DNA of 64,000 bases from an uncultured Gemmatimonadales bacterium (GTDB taxonomy: Bacteria; Gemmatimonadota; Gemmatimonadetes; Gemmatimonadales; GWC2-71-9). The translations under genes and the position numbers were made by a program. Of the stretch, positions 44,994-53,121 are shown one piece after another. The notes beneath the pieces were generated by a model. It saw nothing but the letters and a program-made list of their open reading frames with translations, was not told the DNA's origin and did no database searches. The stretch lies in NCBI GenBank assembly GCA_963825055.1, contig CAWGSK010000012.1, forward strand, positions 384,001-448,000, in the 5' to 3' direction. The first letter of the stretch is position 1, and every line of letters starts with the position of its first letter.

Positions 44994-46019
44994 TCAGTAG
45001 ACGACTTCCTCGAGTGGTCTCCGCGGGGTAGCGGGTGCCGCCGTGGCCCGGCCCAGCCGAAGCACGATTTGCGGCCAGCCGTTGGGTGGAACGACTGCCG
45101 CGAGCCGCCGCCGCAGTCGGGGTACCTCCACCGCCTGGTTCAGGTATGACGACTGGAGCCCGGCGTCGCAGGCCAGCAGCAGGACGCGTGAGAGGGCCTC
45201 ACCGGCGGCGAGCCAGTCGAGCGGTGTATCGCCCGGGGTGCTCAGGACAGCCAGCAACGGGGAGTGCGCGGCCAGCTCGCTGCTCTGTGCCGCGCGTCCG
45301 CGCCCAACATCGAAGGTGCGGATGACCAGCGGCGCGAGTCGTGCCGCCACCGGACCGAGCGCGAGCGCGCTTCCCGGCATCCCATCGCCTTCGCCGGAGC
45401 CATTCGGGCGCATCCAGACGGCAAGCTCCCGGCGGAAGGCGGAATCCGCCAGCTGGATCCGGTCGCCTTCCATGACGAGGTCCGTGAGCTCCGCGCGAAC
45501 CGCCTCGCGGGCCAGCACGTCGAACCTGGCACCTTCTTTCCGGGCGGCCCGGATCAGGCTCTGCACGACCGCGGCCTCAACTGGCTGGCCGTCGAAAGAC
45601 CGGCGACAGGTGTGGCGGCGTGGCATCGCGACAAAGAGGGCCTCGTCCGTCGGTGTCCGTGAGTAGGACCCGGTCAGGGAGAGGATGGCGAGGAGCTCGG
45701 GGCGAGTGGCGTCGGGCAGGCGCTGGATACGACAGGCCCGTCCGAAGAAATGGGCGGCCGCGCGGAGGTGGAAGAGCGCCGCACCACAGCTGATGATCAA
45801 CTCCCGCCCGTCGGGGTCCACCACCGGGAGGGCACGGCTCGGGTCGGCCAGCAACTCGACCCTGCCGTCGGCGATGCGGAAGCGCCAGGGCTGGCTGTTG
45901 TGGCTCGAGGGGGCGAGCACGGCATACCCCACCAGGGCGCGCAACTGTTCGTCGGCCGACCCGGCCAGGGGGAACGCCTCAAGGGCCTCACTCCACTGCT
46001 CCAGCCAGACATCGGGCAT
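44994..46019 (-). CDS. Acg-family FMN-binding nitroreductase-like protein
   Basis: LAPSSHNSQPWRF, DPDGRELIISCGAAL, RRHTCR, WLAAGEAL and TPRRPLEEV. Confidence 0.88.
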   Translation of the reverse strand: MPDVWLEQWSEALEAFPLAGSADEQLRALVGYAVLAPSSHNSQPWRFRIADGRVELLADPSRALPVVDPDGRELIISCGAALFHLRAAAHFFGRACRIQRLPDATRPELLAILSLTGSYSRTPTDEALFVAMPRRHTCRRSFDGQPVEAAVVQSLIRAARKEGARFDVLAREAVRAELTDLVMEGDRIQLADSAFRRELAVWMRPNGSGEGDGMPGSALALGPVAARLAPLVIRTFDVGRGRAAQSSELAAHSPLLAVLSTPGDTPLDWLAAGEALSRVLLLACDAGLQSSYLNQAVEVPRLRRRLAAVVPPNGWPQIVLRLGRATAAPATPRRPLEEVVY

Positions 46020-46048
46020 TGTTACTCCTCTCGCGGCGGCGGCGGATG

Positions 46049-46075
46049 GGGAGACCGGGGGTCACCCGGTCTCCC
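46049..46075 (-). terminator. Hairpin between hsp20 and acg
   Basis: GGGAGACCGGG/CCCGGTCTCCC 11-bp stem just after the hsp20 stop. Confidence 0.5.
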
Positions 46076-46082
46076 GCAGGCG

Positions 46083-46523
46083 CTACGAGATCGCGATCCG
46101 GTTCTTGAGGACCGGCTCCTTCTTGGGCAGCCGGACGGTGAGGACCCCGTCATGGTAGCGCGCCGAGATCTCCTCCGCGCTGACCGCGGACGGCAGCCGC
46201 AGGCTCCGGACGAACCGCCCCATATCGCGTTCCTTCCAGAAGAAGTCCTCGGTCTCTTCTTCCCGGATGTTCTCGCGACGGCCGGACAGGGTCAGCACCT
46301 GTCCCTCGAGGTTCACGTCCAGGTCATCCTTGGGGATGCCGGCGGCCTCGATGCGAACGACGAACTCCTTCTCGGTTTCCGAGAAATCCAGCTTCGGCAG
46401 CCAGGGGGTTGCCGCCTCGGACCCCGGACGCCCGAATACCGAGCGTGAGAAGACGCGATCGAAGAACCGCTCGACATCGTCCTTCACGATAGCCGGATTC
46501 GGGATGGGTTTGGTGAGTTGCAC
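46083..46523 (-). CDS. Hsp20/alpha-crystallin small heat shock protein
   Basis: PKLDFSETE, LSGRR, ERDMGRFVRSLRLP and ARYHDGVLTVRLPK. AAGGAGG SD before GTG 46523. Confidence 0.93.
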   Translation of the reverse strand: MQLTKPIPNPAIVKDDVERFFDRVFSRSVFGRPGSEAATPWLPKLDFSETEKEFVVRIEAAGIPKDDLDVNLEGQVLTLSGRRENIREEETEDFFWKERDMGRFVRSLRLPSAVSAEEISARYHDGVLTVRLPKKEPVLKNRIAIS

Positions 46524-46568
46524 AGGTACCTCCTTGATGAGCGGCCCATGGGGCTCATGAGCCACCAT

Positions 46569-46603
46569 ACGCTAACCAGGCGGTGGTGAAAGGATCCTGA
46601 AAG
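46569..46603 (-). promoter_or_regulatory. Direct-repeat (OmpR/PhoB-type) box plus -10 element for hsp20
   Basis: Minus strand: CTTTCAG-GATC-CTTTCAC, 11 nt, TAGCGT. Confidence 0.5.
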
Positions 46604-46651
46604 AACCGCGAATTTTCCTTTGGGCCCGGATATCCGGCTAGATTCCGCGCC

Positions 46652-47353
46652 ATGTGCGCCGACTCAGGGAACGCCGCCGCCGTCCCCCTTCTCGCCCTCC
46701 GCGACCTCACCCTCGCCAGGGACGGGCACCCGGTTCTCGTCCGCATTTCCTTCGACATCGCCCGGGGCGAGGTGGTCGCCCTGACCGGCCCCAGCGGCTC
46801 GGGGAAGTCTTCGCTCCTCCGGGTGCTGGTCCGGTTGAGCGAGCCCGACGGTGGCACCGTCCTCCTGGACGGAAACGACTACCGGGAACTCCCTCCGCGC
46901 GACTTGCGACGGCGCCTGGGACTGGTCCTGCAGGAAGCCTGGCTCTTTCCGGGTACGGTCGGCGACAACGTGGCCTACGGCCCCCGCCAGCGCGGGGAGG
47001 AATGCGACACCGCCACCATTGACGCCCTCCTCGCCAGCGTCGGACTGGAGGGGTATGCCGGCCGCAACGCATCCCGCCTCTCGGGAGGCGAGGCCCAGCG
47101 CGTCTCGCTGGCCCGCATCCTGGCGAACCGCCCCGAGATGCTCCTCCTGGATGAACCGACATCCTCGCTGGACGAGGACAGCCGTGCGGAGGTGGAGGAC
47201 GTGATCAGGGATTTGTTGCATCACCAGCAGGTGACGGCGCTCATCGTGACCCACGATCCCGCGCAGGCGCGCCGGCTTGCCACGCGGCGGCTGGAGTTGC
47301 GCGAGGGCCGGATTGTCCATGATGGAGAGGAAGTGGAGGCGGGCCGTGCTTGA
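46652..47353 (+). CDS. ABC ATP-binding protein (FetA/YbbL-like)
   Basis: GPSGSGKSS, LFPGTVGDN, LSGGEAQR and LLLDEPTSSLD; next to a UPF0014 permease. Confidence 0.85.
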   Translation: MCADSGNAAAVPLLALRDLTLARDGHPVLVRISFDIARGEVVALTGPSGSGKSSLLRVLVRLSEPDGGTVLLDGNDYRELPPRDLRRRLGLVLQEAWLFPGTVGDNVAYGPRQRGEECDTATIDALLASVGLEGYAGRNASRLSGGEAQRVSLARILANRPEMLLLDEPTSSLDEDSRAEVEDVIRDLLHHQQVTALIVTHDPAQARRLATRRLELREGRIVHDGEEVEAGRA

Positions 47354-48131
47354 CCAGTTCTTCCACGCGGGCGTGGCACTCGGGCTCGCCCAGGCAACGG
47401 CGGCAGCGCTGGTGGCGCTCTTCACCGTCTGGGTCGCCCGGCGCGGCGGGATTCACGTCGAACGCGACACGACGGTTGCCCTCGTGCGCGGCATCGTCCA
47501 GATCGTCGCGGTCGGTTCGGTGCTTACCCTCGTCTTCCAGGGACCGGGCTGGACCAGCGGCCTCGTGCTCGCCGTCATGATGGTTGCCGCCGGCGCCATT
47601 GCCGCCCGCCGTATCCGGTCGCTGCCCGGCGCGTTCGCGGTCAGCCTGGCGGGTATTGCGGCCGGAGGCGGCCTGGTGATCGTGGTAATGACGCTGCTGG
47701 GCGTGATCGATGACGCCATGACGTCGCTCATCCCTGTCGGCAGCATGCTGATTGCCAACGCGATGAACACCAATGCCCTGGCGCTCGAGCGCTTCCGCTC
47801 GGACGTGGAGACCCAGTCCGGCATGGTCGAGGCCCGCCTGACCCTCGGCGCCACGCCACAGGCAGCGGTGCGGCCCCATGTCCAGGCGGCGGTGTCCGCC
47901 GCGCTCATCCCGCGGATCGACTCACTCCGGTCGCTCGGCATCGTGTGGATTCCCGGGCTCATGGCCGGGATGATCCTGGCCGGCGCCGATCCGGTGTACG
48001 CCGCCATTTATCAGTTCGCCGTGATCGCGATGATCTACGCGAGCTCGGGGCTGACGGCAGTGGTGAGTACGCTGCTCATTCGCGCAAGGGTGTTCGGGCC
48101 GGGCGACCGGCTGCTGCTGCCCTCGGCCTGA
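47346..48131 (+). CDS. ABC permease FetB/YbbM (UPF0014) family
   Basis: RGIVQIVAVG, IPVGSMLIANAMN, LGATP, GIVWIPGLMAGMILAGADP and YQ. GGAGG SD before GTG 47346. Confidence 0.88.
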   Translation: MLDQFFHAGVALGLAQATAAALVALFTVWVARRGGIHVERDTTVALVRGIVQIVAVGSVLTLVFQGPGWTSGLVLAVMMVAAGAIAARRIRSLPGAFAVSLAGIAAGGGLVIVVMTLLGVIDDAMTSLIPVGSMLIANAMNTNALALERFRSDVETQSGMVEARLTLGATPQAAVRPHVQAAVSAALIPRIDSLRSLGIVWIPGLMAGMILAGADPVYAAIYQFAVIAMIYASSGLTAVVSTLLIRARVFGPGDRLLLPSA

Positions 48132-48144
48132 CGGTCCGGGGCGG

Positions 48145-48178
48145 CTGTCATCTTCCAGTCACGCGGCCATGCTAGGCT
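48145..48178 (+). promoter_or_regulatory. PhoB/OmpR-type direct-repeat box plus -10 element upstream of the PepSY-TCS-RND operon
   Basis: CTGTCAT-CTTC-CAGTCAC (48145-48162), 10 nt, TAGGCT (48173-48178). Confidence 0.6.
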
Positions 48179-48217
48179 GCGAGGCACGTGAATGTGCCAC
48201 CCACTCTGGAGATTGAG

Positions 48218-48856
48218 ATGAGACGATATCGCACCGGGGCTCTGGCGGCCCTGCTTTCCCTGTCTGTGGCCTTGCCGTCGGGAGCGCAGCAGGCCGCGCC
48301 CGCCATGAAGGTGAAGGAGGAACACCCCGGCATGCTCAAGGAGGCGGCCATCACGCCGGAGCAGGCCACGGCGACGGCGCTGGCCCGCGTACCCGGCTCG
48401 ACCGTGAAGAGTGCCGAGCTCGAGCGGGAGGACGGAACGCTGGTGTATTCGTTCGACCTGGCCGTGGCCGGCAAGGACGGGATCGAGGAGGTCCTGGTCG
48501 ACGCGGCGACGGGGAAGGTCGTGTCGGTGGAACATGAGGGCCCGGCCGCCGAAGCCGCCGAAGCTGCCAGGGAACATCAGGGGCTCAAGGTGAAGGAGGA
48601 ACGCGCCGGCATGCTCGCGCAGGCGAAGATCACGCCGGCCCAGGCGCTCCGGGCCGCACGCGCGCGGGTCCCGCACTCGACCGTGAAGAGCGCTGAACTC
48701 GAGCGGGAGGACGGCAGGCTGGTGTATTCGTTCGATCTCGTCGTGCCCGGCGGGGAAGGCGTGGAGGAGGTGTGGGTGGACGCTACCACCGGCAAGGTCT
48801 TGTCCGTGAAGCACGAGGACGCAACCACCGAGGCGGACGAGGAAGACGAGGACTAG
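48218..48856 (+). CDS. Secreted protein with two tandem PepSY domains
   Basis: Signal peptide and two copies of AKITP.QA...ARVP.STVKSAELEREDG.LVYSFDL...EEV.VDA.TGKV; 279-nt DNA period. Confidence 0.9.
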   Translation: MRRYRTGALAALLSLSVALPSGAQQAAPAMKVKEEHPGMLKEAAITPEQATATALARVPGSTVKSAELEREDGTLVYSFDLAVAGKDGIEEVLVDAATGKVVSVEHEGPAAEAAEAAREHQGLKVKEERAGMLAQAKITPAQALRAARARVPHSTVKSAELEREDGRLVYSFDLVVPGGEGVEEVWVDATTGKVLSVKHEDATTEADEEDED

Positions 48857-48861
48857 CGGGC

Positions 48862-49551
48862 ATGCGTGTCCTGGTCGTCGAGGACGAGGCCGAGGTCGCC
48901 GATCTCGTCGCCCGGGCGCTGCGGGAGGCCGCCTGGGCGGTCGACGTGGCGGGGACGGGCGCCGGGGCGCTGGAGGCCCTGGCCATCAACGAGTATGACC
49001 TGGCGGTGCTCGACATCGGGCTCCCCGATCTGAGCGGGCTCGAGGTCTGCCGCCGCTGGCGCGAGCGCGGGGGCCGGACGCCGATCCTCATGTTGACGGC
49101 CCGCGCCGGGCTGTCCGACCGGGTCACTGGACTCGATGCCGGGGCCGATGACTACCTGCCGAAGCCGTTCGCACTGACGGAGCTCCTGGCGAGGCTTCGG
49201 GCCCTGGCGCGGCGACCTGCACCCACACTGGGCGTGGTTCTCACCTATGCCGACCTCAGGCTCGATACGCGAACCCGTACCGCATGGCGTGCCGACCGGG
49301 AGGTCACCCTGACGTCCCGGGAGTATGCGATGCTCGAATACCTCCTCCGCAACCCCGATCAGGTGCTGAGCCGGGGGAGGATAATCGAGCACGTCTGGGA
49401 TGATAACTTCGACCCGGTTGCGAATGCCGTGGATGTGCTGGTCGGCCGGGTCCGGCGAAAGGTGGACGGAGAGGACGACCCTGCGCTCATCCATACGGTG
49501 CGCGGTGCCGGCTACCTCCTTGCTGAACGTGTGCCGGGCGATGCCGCTTAG
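48862..49551 (+). CDS. OmpR-family response regulator
   Basis: MRVLVVEDE, LDIGLP, LMLTA, GADDYLPKPF and winged helix (LTSREY..IHTVRGAGY). Confidence 0.95.
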   Translation: MRVLVVEDEAEVADLVARALREAAWAVDVAGTGAGALEALAINEYDLAVLDIGLPDLSGLEVCRRWRERGGRTPILMLTARAGLSDRVTGLDAGADDYLPKPFALTELLARLRALARRPAPTLGVVLTYADLRLDTRTRTAWRADREVTLTSREYAMLEYLLRNPDQVLSRGRIIEHVWDDNFDPVANAVDVLVGRVRRKVDGEDDPALIHTVRGAGYLLAERVPGDAA

Positions 49552-50884
49552 CCGTCTCCGCCTCCGTCTCACGGGCTGGTTCGGCGGCGCCTTCCTGGTC
49601 GGCCTGGCGATCCTGAGCATCGTGCTCTTCGTGTTCCTCCGCCACCGCGAGGACCGGGAACTCACGGCGCGGCTGCACGAGACCCTCGGCGCGGTTGCCG
49701 AGGCAATCCGGCGTGAGGACGCGGAGCCCGACACTCCGGACCTTGCCAGTGCGGTGCGCGATGCGCTGCGAGAGTACCCGGCCCGGGACATGGCGCTGGC
49801 GGTCTATGGGCCAGACGGGCAGCGTCTCGAGTCGGGCGGCCCGATACGCCTTCTCGCGGGGATGCCGGATTGGGCGACCCTGCCGGCTGCCGGCGCCGAG
49901 CGGGACCTGCCGCTGGATGGCGAAGGGCACTTGAGGGTGGCCTCGGGGACGGCTCGTGTCGGCGAGGCCATCCTCACGATCGCGGCGGCGGCGAGCACGG
50001 CCCCCCTGCGGGAAGAGGCGGAGACCCTGGCCGCCTGGATGCTGGTGAGCGCGCCCCTCATGCTCCTGCTCGCACTGGCCGGAGGCTATTTCCTCTCCGC
50101 GCGTGCGCTGGCACCGATCGCGGACCTGGGCAGGAGGGTGGCGGGTCTCCCCGCCGACGACCTCGAGGCTCGCCTCCCCGTCCTCCTCCCGGCGGATGAG
50201 GTGGGACGGCTGGCGGACCAGTTCAACGGGCTGCTGCAGCGTATCGGCGCCCTGCAGGAGCGGAACCGGCGTTTCCTCGCCGAGGCGGCGCACCAGTTGC
50301 GCACCCCGCTGACCCTGGTGCTGGGTGAAAGCGAGCTCGCGCTGGAGCGCGAGCGCGCCCCGGCTGAACAGCGCGAGACGTTGCGCCGGATACGGACGGC
50401 GGCCCGTCAGATGATGCATCGCGTGAACGAGCTGTTCCTGCTCGCCAGCGCCGAAGCGGGTGAGCGGGTCCCGGCCGCGGAGCGGATCGACCTCGACGGC
50501 CTGGTGCTGGATGTGGTGGACCTCTTCCGGGCCCGCGCCCGGCAACTCGACCGGCGGCTGGAACTCGGGACGATGGGTGGAGTGGATGTGATGGGGAGTG
50601 GGGAACTGCTCCGGGAAGCCGTCCTCGAACTGCTCGAGAATGCCGGTCGTCATGGCGGTTCCCCGGTCCGGATCTCCGTGCAGCGCCTGGGCGCCGATGC
50701 GCGTGTCACGGTCGAGAATCCGGGTCCGCCGCTCGCCGAGGTGCCTGAGGCCGCCCCCGCGGGCAGGAATGGCGGTCTCGGGCTCCCCATCCTTCACGGG
50801 ATCGCCCGGGTGCATGGTGGAGCCCTGCGCTATGAGCACATGGCCGGTTCCAACCGGTTCACTCTTGAACTTCCCGCTGCCTGA
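49541..50884 (+). CDS. HAMP sensor histidine kinase
   Basis: Two TM helices, HAMP (DEVGRLADQFN), H-box AAHQLRTPL, LLENA, VENPG and GLGL. Confidence 0.92.
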   Translation: MPLSRLRLRLTGWFGGAFLVGLAILSIVLFVFLRHREDRELTARLHETLGAVAEAIRREDAEPDTPDLASAVRDALREYPARDMALAVYGPDGQRLESGGPIRLLAGMPDWATLPAAGAERDLPLDGEGHLRVASGTARVGEAILTIAAAASTAPLREEAETLAAWMLVSAPLMLLLALAGGYFLSARALAPIADLGRRVAGLPADDLEARLPVLLPADEVGRLADQFNGLLQRIGALQERNRRFLAEAAHQLRTPLTLVLGESELALERERAPAEQRETLRRIRTAARQMMHRVNELFLLASAEAGERVPAAERIDLDGLVLDVVDLFRARARQLDRRLELGTMGGVDVMGSGELLREAVLELLENAGRHGGSPVRISVQRLGADARVTVENPGPPLAEVPEAAPAGRNGGLGLPILHGIARVHGGALRYEHMAGSNRFTLELPAA

Positions 50885-50893
50885 GGAAGGGTC

Positions 50894-52075
50894 ATGATAG
50901 CCGTTGCCATCGTGTTGCTGCTTCAGGGCCAACCGGCCGATACCCTGACCCTCGAGGCTGCGCTGGCACGGGCCCACGCGCACCGCGGCCAGGTGGCGGC
51001 AGCGATCGCGGGCGTGAACGTCGCGCGGGCGGGGGTGGGCGCCGCGGGACAGATCCCCAATCCCACGGTCAGCTACACGCGCACGCAGGATCTTCCCAGG
51101 CAACACCTCGTGGTGGATCAGTCCTTCGAGTGGCTGCTGGTCCGCGGGCCCGAGCGTACGGCTGCCTTCGCGGATCTGGCTGGCGCGCGAGCCGATTCGG
51201 CGGCGATCGTCGGCGACCTGGACCAGTCCGTGCGGGTGGCGTTCTTCTCGGCGGTGGCAGCCCGTGAACGGGCTCGCCTTGCAGACGGAGCGATGCTGGC
51301 CGCCGACTCCCTCGTATCCATCGCGGAGGCGCGTTTCCAGGCGGGTGACATCTCCCAGTTCGAGCGGGACCAGGTCTCGCTCGACGCGGGCCGCGCACGC
51401 CTGGACTGGTCACTGGCGCAGGAAGCCGAGCAGGTGGCCCGCGTCTCGCTCGCCCGGGCGATCGGCTGGCCGGAAGGGCCCTTGCCCGTGCCGGCCGGAG
51501 CGCTGGACCTCGGTCTCGACACCACGTCGGCTGCCGCGCCGGTCGTGGAGGACCTGCCGGAGGTGCGCCGTGCGCGGGCGGATTCACTGGCGGCTTCCGC
51601 CCGGCTCAGCGCGGCCAGTCGACGAAGCATTCCGCTCCCAACCCTCCAGGCCGGGGCCGACTGGGACGACCCCTCGCAGCCGGGCCGGGCCCTCAGCATA
51701 ATCGGCATCGCCATCCCGGTGCCGCTCTGGAATCACAACGGCGCCGGCGTGGCGGAGAGCAGGGCCCAGGCCGACCTGGCTGCAGCGCGGGCGACGGAAG
51801 CCCGCCTGAGCGCGACGGAGCGCATCCGGTCCGCCCTGATCCGGCTGGAGGAAGCGGCCCGTCGCGCCCGCTTCGCCCGTGACAGCCTCGCGCCGGCCGC
51901 CGGCCGGCTCCGCGCCAGGGCGCTGCTGGCCTACCGCGCCGGGGAGACCGGTGTGGTTCCGGTGCTCGACGCCCTGCGGGCGGAGCGGGAGAGTACCGCG
52001 CAGATGATCGATGCGCTTGCCGCCTGGCAGGAGGCACGCGCCCAATGGATTCGACTTCGTGGAGACCAGCCATGA
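50894..52075 (+). CDS. TolC-family outer membrane efflux protein
   Basis: PNP motif, RFQAGDIS, IPVPLWNHN and AYRAGETG; located before MFP and RND genes. Confidence 0.9.
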   Translation: MIAVAIVLLLQGQPADTLTLEAALARAHAHRGQVAAAIAGVNVARAGVGAAGQIPNPTVSYTRTQDLPRQHLVVDQSFEWLLVRGPERTAAFADLAGARADSAAIVGDLDQSVRVAFFSAVAARERARLADGAMLAADSLVSIAEARFQAGDISQFERDQVSLDAGRARLDWSLAQEAEQVARVSLARAIGWPEGPLPVPAGALDLGLDTTSAAAPVVEDLPEVRRARADSLAASARLSAASRRSIPLPTLQAGADWDDPSQPGRALSIIGIAIPVPLWNHNGAGVAESRAQADLAAARATEARLSATERIRSALIRLEEAARRARFARDSLAPAAGRLRARALLAYRAGETGVVPVLDALRAERESTAQMIDALAAWQEARAQWIRLRGDQP

Positions 52076-53121
52076 GAGCCCGCCCTCCGGTGATGATTCC
52101 CCTGTTGCTGCTGGCACTGGCATGCGGTGGGGGCGGGGGTGAGGATGAGGGAGATGGCGGTGCCGCCGCCCCGGAAGTACCCGTGGGAATCGGTTATGTG
52201 GTGCGCGATACGATCAGCCAGGTGCTGCGCCTCTCCGGTCGGCTGGCGCCGGTGCCCGGCGGGTCGGCGGCCCTGTCGGCGCCCACGGCGGGCCAGGTTC
52301 GCGATGTCCGCGTGCATCTCGGAACGCGGGTGAGGGCGGGGGAGCATCTCCTGACCGTTGACGCGCCCGAAATCGAATCCCGTGCCAGTGAACTGACCGC
52401 GGCGGCGGGAGTGGCGCGACGCGAGGCCGGCCGCCAGAGTGACCTGCTGGCCCAGGGCATCGTGTCGCAGAAGGCAGCGGACCAGGCCGAGGCCGCCGCC
52501 GTCGCGGCCGAAGCCCAGGCACGGGGCGCCGAAGCGCTGCGCGCGCGCACCAGGATCACGAGTCCGATCACCGGAGCCGTCCAGCGGGTTGCTGTCCAGG
52601 AGGGGGAGCATGTCGACGCCGGCGCCATGCTCGTCGAGGTCGTGCGGTCTGATACCCTGAGCCTGGCCCTGACGGTGCCGTCCACGGACCTGCCCGCGCT
52701 CCATCGGGGGCAGGTCGCGATGATCCGGGTGGCGGGAGATGCCACCGAGTGGACTGGCGTGGTTCAAGACGTGGCGCCCGCGGTGGATACCCTGACCAAC
52801 ACCGGCCAGGCGCTGGTCCGTGTGCCGAACACGGCGGGCCGGCTGCGGTCAGGAACCGCCGCCGTTGCGCAGATCCGGCTCGGAGTCCGCCCGGACGCGA
52901 TCGTGGTCCCCGATTCGGCGCTGGTCCTGGTGGGGGACAGCCTGGCGGTGTTCGTCATTGGCCCGGATTCGGTGGCCCACGCCCGATCCGTCACCGTGGG
53001 GGTTCGTGACGGTGGCCGGGCAGAGGTCCAGGGTCAGGTGGCCCCGGGCGACCGGGTGGCGACCACCGGCGCCTATGGCCTGCAGGACGGGATGCGGGTG
53101 ATCCCCCGGGACGGCCCGTGA
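52072..53121 (+). CDS. RND periplasmic adaptor (MFP) lipoprotein
   Basis: Lipobox LALAC, lipoyl halves (AGQV..V.AGE..L; SPITGAV...GEHV) and VPDSALV. Confidence 0.9.
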   Translation: MRARPPVMIPLLLLALACGGGGGEDEGDGGAAAPEVPVGIGYVVRDTISQVLRLSGRLAPVPGGSAALSAPTAGQVRDVRVHLGTRVRAGEHLLTVDAPEIESRASELTAAAGVARREAGRQSDLLAQGIVSQKAADQAEAAAVAAEAQARGAEALRARTRITSPITGAVQRVAVQEGEHVDAGAMLVEVVRSDTLSLALTVPSTDLPALHRGQVAMIRVAGDATEWTGVVQDVAPAVDTLTNTGQALVRVPNTAGRLRSGTAAVAQIRLGVRPDAIVVPDSALVLVGDSLAVFVIGPDSVAHARSVTVGVRDGGRAEVQGQVAPGDRVATTGAYGLQDGMRVIPRDGP

